The notes under the pieces are model-generated. The model had not been told where the DNA came from and ran no database searches. It saw only the letters and a list, made by a program, of their open reading frames with translations. 64,000 nucleotides of DNA from Octopus vulgaris (taxonomy: Eukaryota): assembly GCA_951406725.2 (NCBI GenBank), contig OX597818.1, positions 117,490,001 to 117,554,000 on the forward strand, read 5' to 3'. Every line of letters starts with the position of its first letter. Position 1 is the stretch's first letter. Shown piece after piece: positions 25,861 through 41,460 of this stretch. Both the position numbers and the translations under genes were made by a program.

Positions 25861-26840
25861 AAAATAGTAAAAGAGAGATTTTTCTTTCTTCATATCTGAA
25901 TTAAGCTAAAAAATGTTCTTGTTGATTCCTTGGTGAACAGAAATTTACCTGAATACCACCTGTCTGAATGTACACTGAATCATTCTACATTCCAGCTCTG
26001 TTAGTGTTGATATTTTATACAGAAATGAAAGTAAAGTACATAAACAAACAAGCACAACTCAAGCATGCGTAGTAAGCTATACGTACGCAAACATATAAAA
26101 CAGAAATAAATAAATAAATGAATAAATAAATAATTACCTTATAACTTAAAGACATTTTTTTCAACTATAGTACATTTTATCTGATCAGGTATTCTTTTTT
26201 TGGCTGATAATGTTTTCTTATTGCATATTTTTTAAATATTTATTTATTTTTATTCTTATCCTAGATCATTTTAAAGGAATGTGCCGCGCTCGACCCCTGT
26301 ATGTTACTTCACTCAGAAGTATTTTGTTTTCTACCTGTGCACGGATATTCACGTTCATCTGTATGTATGTATGTATCTATGTATGTATGTATGTATGTAT
26401 GTATGTATGTATGTATGTATGTATGTATGTATGTATGTATATGTTTATATACATACATACATACATACATACATACATACATACATACATACATACATAC
26501 ATGAATACAGACAGGCACACAAGTGAGGAACCATGCATTATTTGCATATTTGAAATTTTGAGATAAGTACACGAGTGCTCAATACACGCGTTGGAGAACA
26601 AGAAATTCCTACTTGTTTGCGTGTGTGTATGTGTATATGTTTATGTTTTGCGTGCACGTGTATTTGTGTGCTGTGTTATAGCTATTATCACAAATGAAAT
26701 GATTCACAGAATTGTATCCTAAAATGTTCATACTTCTATGTGGATTGACGCGGAAATTCTGTCAGCTATCAGAAAATCAGTAAAAGAAACCTGTCGGTAT
26801 TTCTCTGTACTTCACATTGTAAATTTAATACACTGGAACA

Positions 26841-26877
<37 letters not shown>

Positions 26878-26920
26878 TTTCTCATATGTGTACATCTCTA
26901 TCTATCTATCTATCTATCTG

Positions 26921-27005
<85 letters not shown>

Positions 27006-27006
27006 T

Positions 27007-27043
<37 letters not shown>

Positions 27044-27914
27044 GTCTCTGTCTGTCTGTCCGTCTTTCTATTTATCTGTCAACTCATCTCCATCAATTTA
27101 TCCGTCTATCGATCTATTAATTTCTGTCTCTCACTATATATAAAGATAGAGATATATATGTATATATTAGGGATCGTACATACACGTGCGCACGTACACA
27201 CCCACTCACTAACTCACTCATTCATTCACTCACTCACACACTCGCACACTCACTCACCCCCACCCCCCCAACTCACTCACAATTACACATATTTGCACAA
27301 AGTTACACAAAGATGCACACAAAATATTTTGAGAATAGAAAAGAAAAGATTTCGGAAATTGTGAGAAAGAGGGAAAAAGTACGCAATGAAGAGAAAGCGA
27401 GAGAGAGAGAGAGAGAGAGAGAGATGCAGACAGGCACACTGGTAGAGAGATAGAGAGAGAAAGAATTCGATAAAGTATTGTGAAAATGAGTCCATTCTTC
27501 CTTCAATAATAAATGAAGCTTGTTATTTGCTTATTGCCTTCTCTCTAAGTAAAAGGATGGGTTGCCGCGGATCACATCCTGTCCGCTGATTAGAGTTGGC
27601 TTTTTCAATTCAGTCATTCGATAGACAAACTAGCTCTAGATATTTCGTTTGTTTGTTCCAACTACCGCAATATACTTATAATTGTTCCCCTAGCAAGACT
27701 GCAAACATTACTTTGATGACCTTATGGCCGCCTTGTAAACAGCTCGAAATTCAGCATTGAGCCACTACCGTTGTCTCCTGAGAAGACCCCCACCCCCACC
27801 CCGCGAAGAGATTCCCATAATGCCAATACGCAGCACTATAATTGTCATGGTGATATATGAAGCGAAAGACCCCCAGACATAGCCGCGTATCTTTTCTATT
27901 TTCACATCAACGAA

Positions 27915-28330
27915 ACAGCAGCGAGCTGGCAGAAACATTAGCACGCCGGGCGAAATGCTTAGCGATATTTCGTCTGCCACCACGTCCTGAGTTCAATTTT
28001 CGCCGAGGTCGACTTTGCCTTTCATCTTTTCGGGGTCGATAAATTAAGTACCAGTTACGCACTGGGTCGATATAATCGACTTGATCCGTTTGACTGTCCT
28101 TGTTTGTCCTCTCTGTGTTTGACCCCTTGTGGGTAGTAAAGAAATAGGTATTTCGTCTGCCGTTACGTTCTGAGTTCATATTCCGCCGAGGTCGACTTTG
28201 CCTTTCATCCTTTAGGGGTCCATAAATTAAGTACCAGTTACGCACTGGGGTTGATGTAATCGACTTAATCCGTTTGTCTGTCCTTCTTTGTCCTCTCTGT
28301 GTTTAGCCCTTTGTGAGCAATAAAGAAATA
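27915..28330 (+). mobile_element. SINE family D with tandem duplication of its 3' ~183 bp
   Basis: Unit 27964-28146 repeated at 28147-28330. Confidence 0.92.
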
Positions 28331-30009
28331 AGAAACTGAAACACTATGGATACGCACAGAAAGATGTAATGACGAGAGAAACAATGATTTAAAGCATAGG
28401 CGTTCCAGCCGTAGCCATTCTCTCGATTATTAGTTATCTAGAAACGCAATACCAATCGTTTCTTACTTTTTAACATTATGTGTGTAAGTGTGTGGGGGTG
28501 ATCTTAGAATGAATCAGTTTCTAATTCATGAGAATCGATCAGTCAGGTGAAGAATCTTCCGTTTCATTCCTAATTCTATTCCGGTTTATCGGTGAACTGT
28601 GGGTGTTGAGTGATTCCAAGGCTAATAAAAACAACGCACTTGAAACGCAAAGACAGGCACTATTAATTTATGTAGCTTGGTCTATTTCACATAATCTCTG
28701 CTGTTACAAGCTGGATTAACGCCTCCGCTAAAATAAATAAACGGAACTAGAAATAAACGGAACTCTTCATAAAACATCAAGACTTTATTGTAGCATTCAA
28801 AGTGCACTATCGCATAAAATTTATCGAAAACAACCTCCGAAAAAAGCCATTTTTATATGAAAACAAGTATTAATAACATCACTAATCTGCAAAGCATACA
28901 TTTCATATATAATTTATATTTTAATCTTGCTCAACAGCTGTTTCAATAAACTAAGAATGTCATCATCTATATAATTCCACCATTACTGCAAATAGTTAAT
29001 ATATTTGAAAGTTGACGTGTATCTATTTCTTCAAGTGTGAAACAGCGTTTAAGCAGTTATGATTTTTTAAAGTGAACTATATTATTTTCTGCTTTTTATT
29101 GTAAATATGTTACTCTAAACTATCGTGTTAGCTGATACTAATAAATTGGTTTTTGGTGATAATTTATGTACCAAGGATATATTTCATGATGATCAATCCA
29201 GTTTATAGGGAACTCCCCTGATGGTAAATATTGCATTCATAATATGTACCACACGAAAGAAAAAAGTCGGATGAGAAATTGTATCAAACGTTACAACGCA
29301 CAAGTATGTCAGAGCGTTGCGGAAAATTAGACAAAATATAAGATAGTTGTAGTGACACATTGGAACTAATATATCGATGTTGTTTTTAATCATATGGGAA
29401 CAAAAAATAACGAAGATAAGGCCAGTGAGTCTTTAGAACATATCTGTAAATGTCATGTACATTTTCAAGCTATCAACGAATGAAAGTTAATAATCAGTTA
29501 ATGAGAATTCATTTTGTCATTACCGATCAAAATGTTTCTCTTTCGGACAAAATATTTCTCTTTCGCGGTCCAACTTAGATTAGATAACGTTTTACTAAAC
29601 TAAATGCAATATTCTGATATTATTGATATATAATAAGAAAACACAACGTGATACGAGCAGATATATTCTCGATTTCTAGTTCCTAGTAAAGAAATATAAA
29701 GTGATTCAGATAAGCTGTGTAAGAGACAAAGTGTTTGTACTGCATACTTGAACATTAAGACAAGTTATTTACTATCATTTTGTGTGTAAAGATTTATACT
29801 TGTATACGGAAGTCTATAAGAGTGGAAAAGTCGTAAATTGGAGATTAAGTTTCATTTTCAAATACTTTTAAATCCCCAAAATCGCAGTTTTAAAATTTAA
29901 AGTTAAAAGTTTTACCTATATTTTAGAATTTTATTGCTACGATTATTCCCCCTTTAAGTATCTGCTGCTTGCGAGAAAAATCTATCAATCTATCAATCTG
30001 CCTGCCTGC

Positions 30010-30087
<78 letters not shown>

Positions 30088-30267
30088 GTCTATCTGTCTG
30101 TCTGTCTGCCTGTCTATCTATCTATCTTTCTGTTTGTCTGTTTGTATATCTTTCTCTCTGTCTATCTGTCTGTCTGTCAGCTTGTCAGTCTGTCTATGTA
30201 TGTGCGTATGTATGTATTATGAATGTATGTATCTATCTGACTGTCTGTCTATTTGTCTATCTGTCTG

Positions 30268-30308
<41 letters not shown>

Positions 30309-31097
30309 TTATATATCTATCTATTAATATATCTATCTATCTTTCTCCCTCTATCCATCTGTCTATCTAGCTAACTTCTCTGCTTATCTCTCTATCTATC
30401 TATCTATTTATATATTTATCTATCTTTCTCCCTTTATCCATCTGTCTATCTAGCTGGCTTCTCTGCCTCTCTCTCTCTCTCTCTCTCTCCCTATATGTAT
30501 AAATATATATATATATAACATCATCATCATCACCATCCACCATCATCATCAACATCATCATCATCATCATCAACACCAACAACAGAAACAACAACCAGAA
30601 TGTCTCCATCATCATTAACATCATCATCATTATCATCCTCACTATTAACATTACCATCCCCGTCATGGCAGTCGTCGTTATCAGGATCCGTATCATTTCA
30701 TTTGCGTATCGATTTATTTACCTCTCACATGTGTAAGATGGGTTTCTGAAACAAGGGTATGCTACACTAAAACGATTATCTTAGAAAGACAGAAGAAGGA
30801 AATGTTTATCTTATTTGGCGTAACGTAGTCCCATCAGAGACAACACGATGCCAATGATTTATATCTTGCAAATTTATATTCTAACTTGATTATGTGGATG
30901 GCTCTGTATATGCGAGTGTGTGCGTGTGTGTTTGTATGTGTATTTGCGCATTGACGCCTATGTGGATGATATAAATATTACAGCGGTTCGTGCGTGGTTA
31001 TTTCTATAAAAATAATAGACTAGCGACATCTATCATGGCGTCCTCATTGCTAATACTTGTTATATTTTTTTCATGGTTAATAGCAGTCATATGTGTA

Positions 31098-31163
<66 letters not shown>

Positions 31164-31328
31164 TTTCCCCCTCGTTATCGAGTATGGCCATTGCACGAAG
31201 CTTAACTATTATTAGTGCTGTGATCGAATGTGACATTTTAGCCCAGCTAAAGATCTACAATGTCTTGTACAGAATTGGCAGCTAAAAACTTTACCGGTAA
31301 TAGCCGGCTGTAGTTGTAACTGGGCGTA

Positions 31329-31361
<33 letters not shown>

Positions 31362-31761
31362 AATGTAGGATCCAGGTATCGAGGTGTAGGAAGTAAGTTA
31401 GGTTCGAGTAATCCGTAGTAAATATATATATAAAAAAAACTTTCAGAAAAAAACAGTGGGTTATTGAGACGGAAGGTTGCGGATTATTTTTGTTTATCGA
31501 AGAACGATGAGCAGAAAATGTTCTTTTTTATAATCAACGGTAGGCGACCTGTATTGTCGAGCGTGCGAAAAAGAATACAAGAGTTGCGGAGTGGAGTAGG
31601 AAAAAAATCCGGCCATAGCGAAGGAACCTCAGAAGTGGTAAAATCCATAAAGGTCTGTACCGTCGGTGACTCTTCAGGTCTAGGATACCTTAATTAGGTT
31701 TAGGATATACATTGCCGCAAGAATATACCTGTTATCGCAAATAAGGCATACATGCACACAG

Positions 31762-31804
<43 letters not shown>

Positions 31805-31843
31805 CATACATGCATACATACATATGTATGTATATATATTTAG

Positions 31844-31876
<33 letters not shown>

Positions 31877-32021
31877 CATATACATATATACATATACATA
31901 TATATACATATACATATATATATACATATATATATATACATATATATATATACATATATACATACATATATATACATATATATATATACATATACATATA
32001 TACATATACATACATATATAT

Positions 32022-32071
<50 letters not shown>

Positions 32072-32456
32072 TGTATATATGTTTCTGTATGTATAATCAG
32101 TCGTTGATATTCGCTGTTGCTGTTGTTGCTTTCATCTGGTTTGGTTAATGTTTTCGTAGCTATTGTTGACAAACAATGATTAATTGCCGTATTTACGACT
32201 ATGTAATTGTTATCGAGATAATTCATGCAAACCCGCATGAATAGGAACACGCGTAATCACAGAAAAAACTGTAAGGAAATAAAAACAAAAACAAACAAAA
32301 AAACAAAAGAAAGAGTAAAACACTCATTTACGATTTCACAAATACTTTCGTATTTAATTATCAGAGCAGTGTGTGCATGTATTTCTATATATGAATATAT
32401 ATGTATATATGCATATGTGTGTATTCTATGTGGCTCTCTCTGACTCTGTCACTATT

Positions 32457-32493
<37 letters not shown>

Positions 32494-32554
32494 ATATATA
32501 TATATATATATATATCCATGTATCTAAACATATATATATATGTATCTAAATATA

Positions 32555-32596
<42 letters not shown>

Positions 32597-32620
32597 TATA
32601 TATACGTATATATATATATG

Positions 32621-32673
<53 letters not shown>

Positions 32674-33337
32674 ACTGGCTCCAATATACAAACATAAATA
32701 TTTGTTTGCCTCGGTATATATGTGTGCATATGTATGTGTTGTTTTTATCTGTATGTTCCTCATAGGCTGGAAATGTGACATGATAACACGTCATAGCAAA
32801 TGGTATGGTGTGTATGTCAGACATTCCTAAGATATGCGCTGGTTGTAGATATCTGACGGTAGAGGTGTTCGTGGCTTGGCTAAAACTGCTTGGCATTTGC
32901 AAGGTGTGAGAAAATGTGAGATGTGAGTGAAATAGAAGAATGAAAGAGGAGGAGACGGTAGGTGAAAATGCTAATGGAAAATAAGATGAAAGTGCAGAAT
33001 GATAAGAATGAGAACAAATGAAATCTATAAAGCCAAAAAGAAAACAGAAAATGTTCTAGAAAACTTCTGAAATATAAGGAGAGAATTGATGAGTAGCAGG
33101 TGAGAAAGAGTAGTCAGCATAACAGGTTGACTGGACTTCAACTGTTATGTTGGCAAGCACTGAGCGACGGTTTGTTTTCTTGGCAGGTGTAACTGCTGTT
33201 GTTGCTCAGTCTTAGGTCATGTCTGAGAAATGAGACATTTGATCAAATAAATTCTATACATGACCATCACATTTCTTTCTTTTTTTTTTTGGTATCATTA
33301 TATCAACTTTATCTATTCTGTCCGATTTGATTTTATA

Positions 33338-33558
33338 CAGGGTGGCCTAAACGTAGGTTTACAGTTATCAGGTAGGCAATTTGAATTTCTTTTAAACCAT
33401 TTTATTACATTTAAATTTCTGTTTTACAATTATCTCAATTACCATAGAATAATGGATTCACGTTTTTGTTTTGTTTTTACAATTAAGATCTAAACTGTTA
33501 ATATATGAATGCGAAAGAGATAGTTGAATAACTGTAAGCCTACTTTTGGGTCACCCTT
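33338..33558. mobile_element. Tc1/mariner-type MITE
   Basis: TA|CAGGGTGGCCTAAACGTAGGTTTACAGTTAT versus ATAACTGTAAGCCTACTTTTGGGTCACCCT; about 30-bp TIRs, TA at left end. Confidence 0.82.
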
Positions 33559-33936
33559 CATAGAAGTGTTGTAGTTTAGCTTCAGTGTGAAGCATGTTAA
33601 ATGATCGCGTGGAGGAAGGATACATAATCTCCCTTTCTAATGGAACTCTTTTAAGTTTTATTTCTGTCATCCGCATCGATTAGGTGTAATTCATTTATAA
33701 ACAAAAATGAAACTTTTGACATAAACAGTAATCCAAAATCCATTTTATGATCGACGGCAGAGAAACACACTACACTAGCTATTTGAAGAATATCCCAGCC
33801 CAGTCGACACCGTTTCAATGCTGGCCCTTGGTCAGACTTTTATAAGAGGGTGCTCCTTGTGGCTTCCTGGTTGTTATCTTGGATTGGTTGATAAATACAT
33901 ATGTCTACGCATCCAATATTATTGTTACGAGTATGA

Positions 33937-34130
33937 AGCAGGTGAGCGAGCTGAATCAGTAGCATACCGGAAAAAAATGCATCCGGATTTGCGGTGTGGG
34001 TTCAAATTCCACCAAGGTCGACTTTAATCCCTTTGGAGTCGATAAGATAATTACCATTCAAGATCTGTGGTGTGATTAAATGAGCATCCCCATCCCCCAA
34101 ACTTTGGAGTCTTGTACCTATGGTAGAAAT
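33937..34130 (+). mobile_element. Old diverged SINE family D copy
   Basis: GAGCTGAATCAGTAGCA...GGGTTCAAATTCCACCAAGGTCGACTTT..CTTTGGAGTCGATAAGATAATTACCA. Confidence 0.65.
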
Positions 34131-34738
34131 TATTCTTACGATTTTTTTCTACTTTCAGCTCAGAGCTGATGCACCGCCGTTGTACGATTGTATATATAAC
34201 ATGAAAATTAAGGACAATTTTATCCTCTAAGCAAAGTTTAAGCACCAATCTACATGATTGCAACCACGAGGATTATGCCCCACCATCTCCCGCTCGTTAT
34301 CTGGAAAGAACGGTGACAAAGGTAAGCATTCCTGGGTCCCAAAAGAGTGAGATCTCTAGTGGATATTCGTACATTTGTTGGAATAGAACAAAACTTTATT
34401 GAATGTGAAAAGAACGAAGAAGGAAAACTTGTTTGTGACCATGCTGGAGTTTCTTCTCAATATTTAGCTTCAGCATCTGTAAAGGATTCCAGACATCTAG
34501 ATGCCAAATGGGGTAGAATTAAAAGTAATTGTGGAGGGCAGGTGACCCAGATGCTGCTTGTGTAGAATGGAACAACTTGTAATTTGAGAGCTCATTATTG
34601 CACATCGTACAAAACAGGGAACGGGAAAGGAGGCCTCCACTGCTGCCGACACCATCGCTGCAACTGTAACAGTGTGCAACAACAGAAGCATAGCAACAAT
34701 AGCAGCAAAAAAGAAAAAGAAAACTTATATAGAATAAC

Positions 34739-35049
34739 GTGGAGGCGCAATGGCCCAGTGGTTAGGGCAGCGGACTCGCGGTCGTAGGATGGCCGTTTCG
34801 ATTCCCAGACCGGGCGTTGTGAGTGTTTATTGAGCGAAAACACCTAAAGCTCCACGAGGCTCCGGCAGGGGGTGGTGGCGATCCCTGCTGTACTCTTTCG
34901 CCACAACTTTCTCTCACTCTTTCTTCTGTTGGTCTGCTCGCTTAGCCAGCGGGGTGGCGTCATTTGAAGGCTAAAACAATGCGTAGCGCATTGTGACCAG
35001 CGATGTGTAGCAACATCTGATAACCTGGTCGGTCACGGTGATCACGGTG
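34739..35049 (+). mobile_element. tRNA-derived SINE (head C plus tail X), full length with TSD
   Basis: GGCGCAATGGCCCAGTGGTTAGGGC (A box), GTTTCGATTCCC (B box); tail ends (TCACGGTGA)2; TSD ATATAGAATAAC at 34727-34738 and 35050-35061. Confidence 0.93.
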
Positions 35050-35376
35050 ATATAGAATAACATAGTCTGGGCCAATATTAACAATACTAACAACAACAAC
35101 ATCAACAAAGACGACGGGATCATCCTCAGAAGGATTGTGGAAATTGTAACAGCAATAGCACCAACAATGTCAACATCAAACACGTTAGCGATAACAAGAG
35201 TGGTGGCAAATAATAAGATAATCGCCAGTCAGGAGATATGTTAGCCCTGCACTTTTTCCACCCTTGACCTTAATCCATCCCTGCTCACATGCATATATAC
35301 ACAACACACAGGAATGTGTGACCTTTCCCCAATTTGAGTCGATGTTTGAGTCGATTATTATTCTTATTCTTATTAT

Positions 35377-35663
<287 letters not shown>

Positions 35664-35987
35664 GCCGTCGAATAGATTGCATTCTGTCGTTTCTTTCGAC
35701 TCTTTCTTTTCTTAGTTCAAACTCAACCCAGGTAAACTTTACCTGTGATCCTTTTGGATTAGTTAGAATGAAGAACCACTGAAGCATCACTAATCATTTC
35801 GCATGCAAAGAAAAAACTACTACACTTAGGCTAATATTAGAAACGTTTAAATAAGCGACGAACTTGAGAATCCTTAGGGAATCAGAACAAATGAACTGAT
35901 CCCCCCCCTTAATTACATTCTGAGTTCTAATTCCACCGAAAGTAATTATCCTTTTCATCGTCCAGGGTCAGAAAAAATAAACTAATT

Positions 35988-36166
35988 TACATGCCCACGG
36001 GCATATGGCGGAGTGGTTAAGAGCGCGGTCTACTAACCCCAAAATTCCGAGTTCGATTCCAAGCAATAACCTGAACACTACTGCTACTACTACTACTACT
36101 GCTGCTGCTGCTACTACTACTACTACCACTAATACTAATAATAATAATGAGAAGAAGAAGAAGAAA

Positions 36167-36197
<31 letters not shown>

Positions 36198-36444
36198 AGA
36201 AGAAGAAGAAGAAGAAGAAGAAGAAGAAGAAGAAGAAGAAGAAGAAGAAGAAGAAGAAGAAGAAGATCGAAAAATGCCTTAGGAATGATAACCCTGGTTC
36301 GAAATTTCCCCAAGACACCTGACGAAGGCTGGAAGGTATATCAGACGAAACGTGTTAAAAACGAACAAGATGAGGACAAATATCCGTCGAATGTAAATAA
36401 TGTAAATAATGTACATAATTCCTCATCTCTTAAATATAGAACTG
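35988..36444 (+). mobile_element. SINE family E: 5' hairpin, tRNA head, trinucleotide array, hammerhead-bearing tail, with TSD
   Basis: TGGCGGAGTGG (A box), GAGTTCGATTCC (B box), (ACT/GCT/AAT/GAA)n, CTGACGA..GAAAC at 36319-36351; TSD AATAAACTAATT (35976-35987) and AATGAACTAATT (36445-36456). Confidence 0.85.
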
Positions 36445-37762
36445 AATGAACTAATTGTTTGACACTTGAGTTGAAGCTCTCTACTCTCTACTAGCCTTGC
36501 GCTTAAATCAGAAACGGCTATATTTGTTCATGTTATTCATGTCTAACCTCGGAATTAGCCACGAATCCAGCACAGTTATGACCACAGGCGTTCCAGAACT
36601 GACCAACCATCCAACAACTTTGCATATGATAAAGTACGTACGTCCTTTTTTCTTTCATTACAATGGCGGCTGTAGTGTTTTGTAAGATATTTTCCTGCCA
36701 TATTGTGGCAGATCAAACGAATCGAATGTCTAGAGTCTGCTCTAGTCAATTATTTAATTATTCCGTTCTTTGATTCTTAGATGAGATGTTCTGTTTATGA
36801 GTCTATTCAATTCTTCTCGACATAGTAAATGACAATTTTGTTTGATCTTTGACTGATCTCCTAACGTTGCATGTAATTGTGTTTTATTTTTTTCCATTAT
36901 CGATCACTGAAGTATTTGATAATTTGATTAGTTAACTAGTAACTTTTATTCTCGTTGAAGTAATTGCAGTTACAACTACTCCCGTTGATGTGGTTATTAT
37001 AGTTTAATAGTGCCAATTAGCTGTTATTGACGAAATATTCCGTCAAACATTTGCGAATAAGTCTAACAGCCATTACTTTCCATATTCATTTTATATTTGT
37101 CCTCTCTCGGTTTCATTTACTGGACAGTAGTCAGTCTGAGGCACTGCTTTCAAGTGAATTTTATTGATATTACCGCGGCCAATATTTTTTATCAACACAT
37201 ACACAATATTCTTCGTAACGTTCGAAATGGAAAGTTGACAATGTCGGAAGGGAAGATTATTCAAATGGATATGAAATGAATGATGATAGTATTATTTGAA
37301 TGTCACTATTTTCGTGTCAGAAAAATAAAAAACCTTCGCATAATGTCTCTCGCTAACAAACGAGCCGTGACGGCATTTTCAATATAAAACGCAGACATTC
37401 TCAGATTTATTTCTAACCTTTTCTGCTTATTGTGCTGTCTGTCTCTCTGTCTCTCTCTACCTCTCCCCCTCCCTCTTATGATATAAGTTGGAGGTATTAG
37501 AAGCATCTAAGGGAGAGATGTATCCAGAGGCACTCCTGGTAATTACCTCAGTATGAATGGTCCTTGTTATAAGGTATACGGTAGTAGGTAATTTAAAAGG
37601 TAAAACATGGTTTAATGTATAAAAAACGATAAGAAAATGGGGAAATAAGTATCAAAGAGAAGTGGATCTTTGGTGTTAATTATTTAAATAATCACTTTAT
37701 AAAAGCAAAAGTCCACTTTCCTTGTTAGTTTTTTCTCCATCTTCTAATCTATATATATATAT

Positions 37763-38072
37763 ATATTCTATAATTATAAACATAATTATAATCAGTGTTC
37801 CGCTAATTGCTTCGCCACGCACCGAATTTAGAAATAGGTGTTAAATGCCTTTTCTACTTCCATAAAGATCTTCCAGGCAGTAACAATCTTTTTTACATAG
37901 GCAAAAAGAAAAAATAACGAATCCACACGACACAGATTAGCTACAGTGTGTTACTGTCTGGGAGATCTTTTATGGTAGTAGAAAAGGCATTTAACTCCTA
38001 TTTCTAAATTCGCTGCGTGGCGAAGCAATTAGCTGACCCCTGATTGTAATTATGTTTATAATTATAGAATAT
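37763..38072. repeat. Fold-back element with arms of about 123 bp
   Basis: Arms 37763-37885 and 37949-38072 are reverse complements with few mismatches; abuts (AT)n. Confidence 0.88.
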
Positions 38073-38448
38073 TTGTATAGTTTTACCTATAAAGGTTATT
38101 TTAATGCACCGAACTACTTGGTAAAATTATTAATTATTAATTAATTAATTGATTAATTAATTAATTAATTATTCCCACTTAATATTATTGAAATTATATA
38201 TATACATATCTTTTTATTTAGGATGATAATGTGTATTTTGAAGGATTTATAGCCCATCATGATATCTACCAAGGTGTTCTGCAGGATTCAGCAGGTATAA
38301 TGGGAGAAATTTTGCCCGACCATAATTTTGCAGATTCGAAGATTAGAAAGGGGTTTCCTAATGGTAAACTAATAAACATTTACACCACTCATTAGTTATA
38401 TAAACATTAAGTTAAACTGAGTAGTAATACGTTTCCTTTGAATTCTAA

Positions 38449-39100
<652 letters not shown>

Positions 39101-39352
39101 GAAGGTATAAACATATATACTTTCATATATAAGCATATAAATATGTGAATACATGTTCGGCCTTATTTGTCTACAGAAAAAACATATATAATACACAAAA
39201 CATTTATGCATTATATCCTAAAGATAACTACATTCGTTTAATATATCGAAAATCACATGTGGAGACTCTACCAATCCTTACATTTGAATTGTGCTTTGCC
39301 TATTAAGCAAATATTTAATCAACTTGACAAACTAGATAATAAGTGTATGACA

Positions 39353-39392
<40 letters not shown>

Positions 39393-39468
39393 ATACACAC
39401 ACACCATTGATACATCTCTTTCATGTATTTTTGCTTGTGTGTGAGCGCGTATGTGTATATGTGTGACT

Positions 39469-39508
<40 letters not shown>

Positions 39509-40775
39509 TTGTAATTCTGTTGTGACTATACACGGATGTATGAGTTTGTGCAATCAATCAACTTATCAATATTTACACGTCCCACGCATGCGTGGTTTAT
39601 AACGTAAATTCTTCGACATTTTTATAACGAACGACATCCATCATTGAATGATTACCTCGATTCAATTGAAAGGAAATGAGAAACTGTAGTTGGAACATTA
39701 TGTTATTCCCCCACTCCCTAGGCTATATGTTTACACTGACACACAGACACAAACACATACATACACGCACACGCACCAAACACACACAAACACACTCACA
39801 GATATTACCGTATTTTATACATATATATACGCATTAATATTAGTGTTTAAGTTTGACGCCATTACTCTGAAAATTGCAGATAAGTGAATACGAAAGAAAA
39901 AGAAAAGAATTATAGACAAAATTTTTTCTTTGTATTTCCATAACTTGGGGTGAAAAGTCCTTAGGGACAATACATAGGGGACAATATATCTTTGTTTTGT
40001 AAATATCTGACTACATAAAATCCAGAAAGATTGAAGTTATTTCCTCAGAATTTATCGATAAGCTCTGAAGCTATGGTACGAACTAGATTCGTAGTATTAA
40101 ATAAATCAGTTATAACTTCGTTCCTGTTTGTGGTTAATTAACGATTTAGTTTATTAATCAAGATGGTTTCATTTATCTTTCAATTGCTGATTTTCGAATC
40201 TGATTTTTCAAATACAGACAACTATATCCTGTTGTGACGCGTTCCCTGAAGATATTTTGATGTGAATTTATTTGTATATATGTACCCATTCATGTAGGTT
40301 TGTAGTTGAATAGAAAAAGTGCTGCCGATATAAGCTCTATCTTATTTGTTACCAATTATTTTCTATTCAATTAGGCGTGTCTTTACAATATTAGATGGTT
40401 TAGTTGGCTTATGTGCTTCTAGTGCTGCTGTTTCCCAAACCAGAATTCTCCGATAGAGGGCACCAGACCGGGCCAGTTGTATATTTAATCCATTGCTATC
40501 TTTTACGACATATTTCCACAAACTCGTTTCATTAAATCTGTATACGTACGTATATACTTATAATTGCTGTGAACATTCATTTCTAAATTTATTCTTCTTC
40601 TCACATATATTTAATAATTTGGGAATTAATATATTAGTAACACAACCAATTTTGTAGTTGTAACATTACGTTATATAGAATCTGGTTTTTCTCTTAGAAG
40701 TATCCTTTACTTCTCATCCGCAAAATACTGGGCATTTACAGATACAGTTACACACATATACGTGCATAGATATAA

Positions 40776-41067
40776 GAGCACTCCGTCAGTTCCGACGACG
40801 AGGGTTCCAGTTCATCCGATTAACGAAATAGACTGCTCTTTAAATTAGCGAGCACTCTACAGACACGTATATCTCAGGTCGATTCAACATGATGCAGAAT
40901 GCAAGAAGCTTGGCCCTTTGAGTTACAGACACAACCAATTGTTGCCAACTGAGTGGAATGTGAAATAAAACTCCTTGCTCAATGACACAACACGCTGTCG
41001 GGAATCGAACTCACGACCTTAGAATCTGTGAACCGAATGCCTCAACCACTAAAGCACACGCCTTCAC
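40776..41067 (-). mobile_element. SINE head B plus tail Y
   Basis: GAGCACTCCGTCAGTTCCGACGACGAGGGTTCCAG tail; GGGAATCGAACTC (B box, reverse); ends CGCCTTCAC. Confidence 0.82.
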
Positions 41068-41134
41068 TGCAAGGATAGACTGAAGGATGGATACATATAT
41101 GCATGCTTTCACATATACAAGTTTAAATTAACAC

Positions 41135-41460
41135 TTATAGAAACCTCTCCTGGCCCTACGATCAATAAATCATATTTCGAAGACTTTGGAACAAAAGAAC
41201 TGGAAACAGCTACAAAATACCTGTTAACAAGAGAAAGAGAAATTCATAAAGATCTCTCCATTGTGATACAAAATGTAAATTGTATCATAAGAATGTGACT
41301 GATACCATCAGCTGCCCCAAAACGTCTGCAAGATATTGCCCTTCAACGAGACATGACTCGATAATAGCCTGATATGCCCTATGCAAGGAGTGTCTGACGG
41401 CTCATACTAAAGGCACACCAGAATCAAAAGCTACCGATACTATCAAAAATATGCACACCG
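41135..41460 (+). pseudogene. Decayed R4/NeSL-type LINE ORF fragment (zinc knuckle and RHD region)
   Basis: Frameshifted translation ..KELETATKYLLTRER..CDTKCKLYHKNVTDTISCPKTSARYCPSTRHDSII resembles the C..C..H..C plus RHD motif preceding the restriction-like endonuclease. Confidence 0.65.

Noticed and set aside
27964-28330. Tandem repeats considered as a CRISPR-like array
   Set aside because: Only two long SINE-derived units with no unique spacers; eukaryotic context, no cas genes.
31650-31682. Minus-strand CTGAAGA-GTC-ACC-GAC hammerhead-like start
   Set aside because: GAAA is replaced by GGTA and stems I and III could not be formed.
36005-36449. Poly-Lys/poly-Arg ORFs
   Set aside because: Produced by the (GAA)n array inside the family E SINE.
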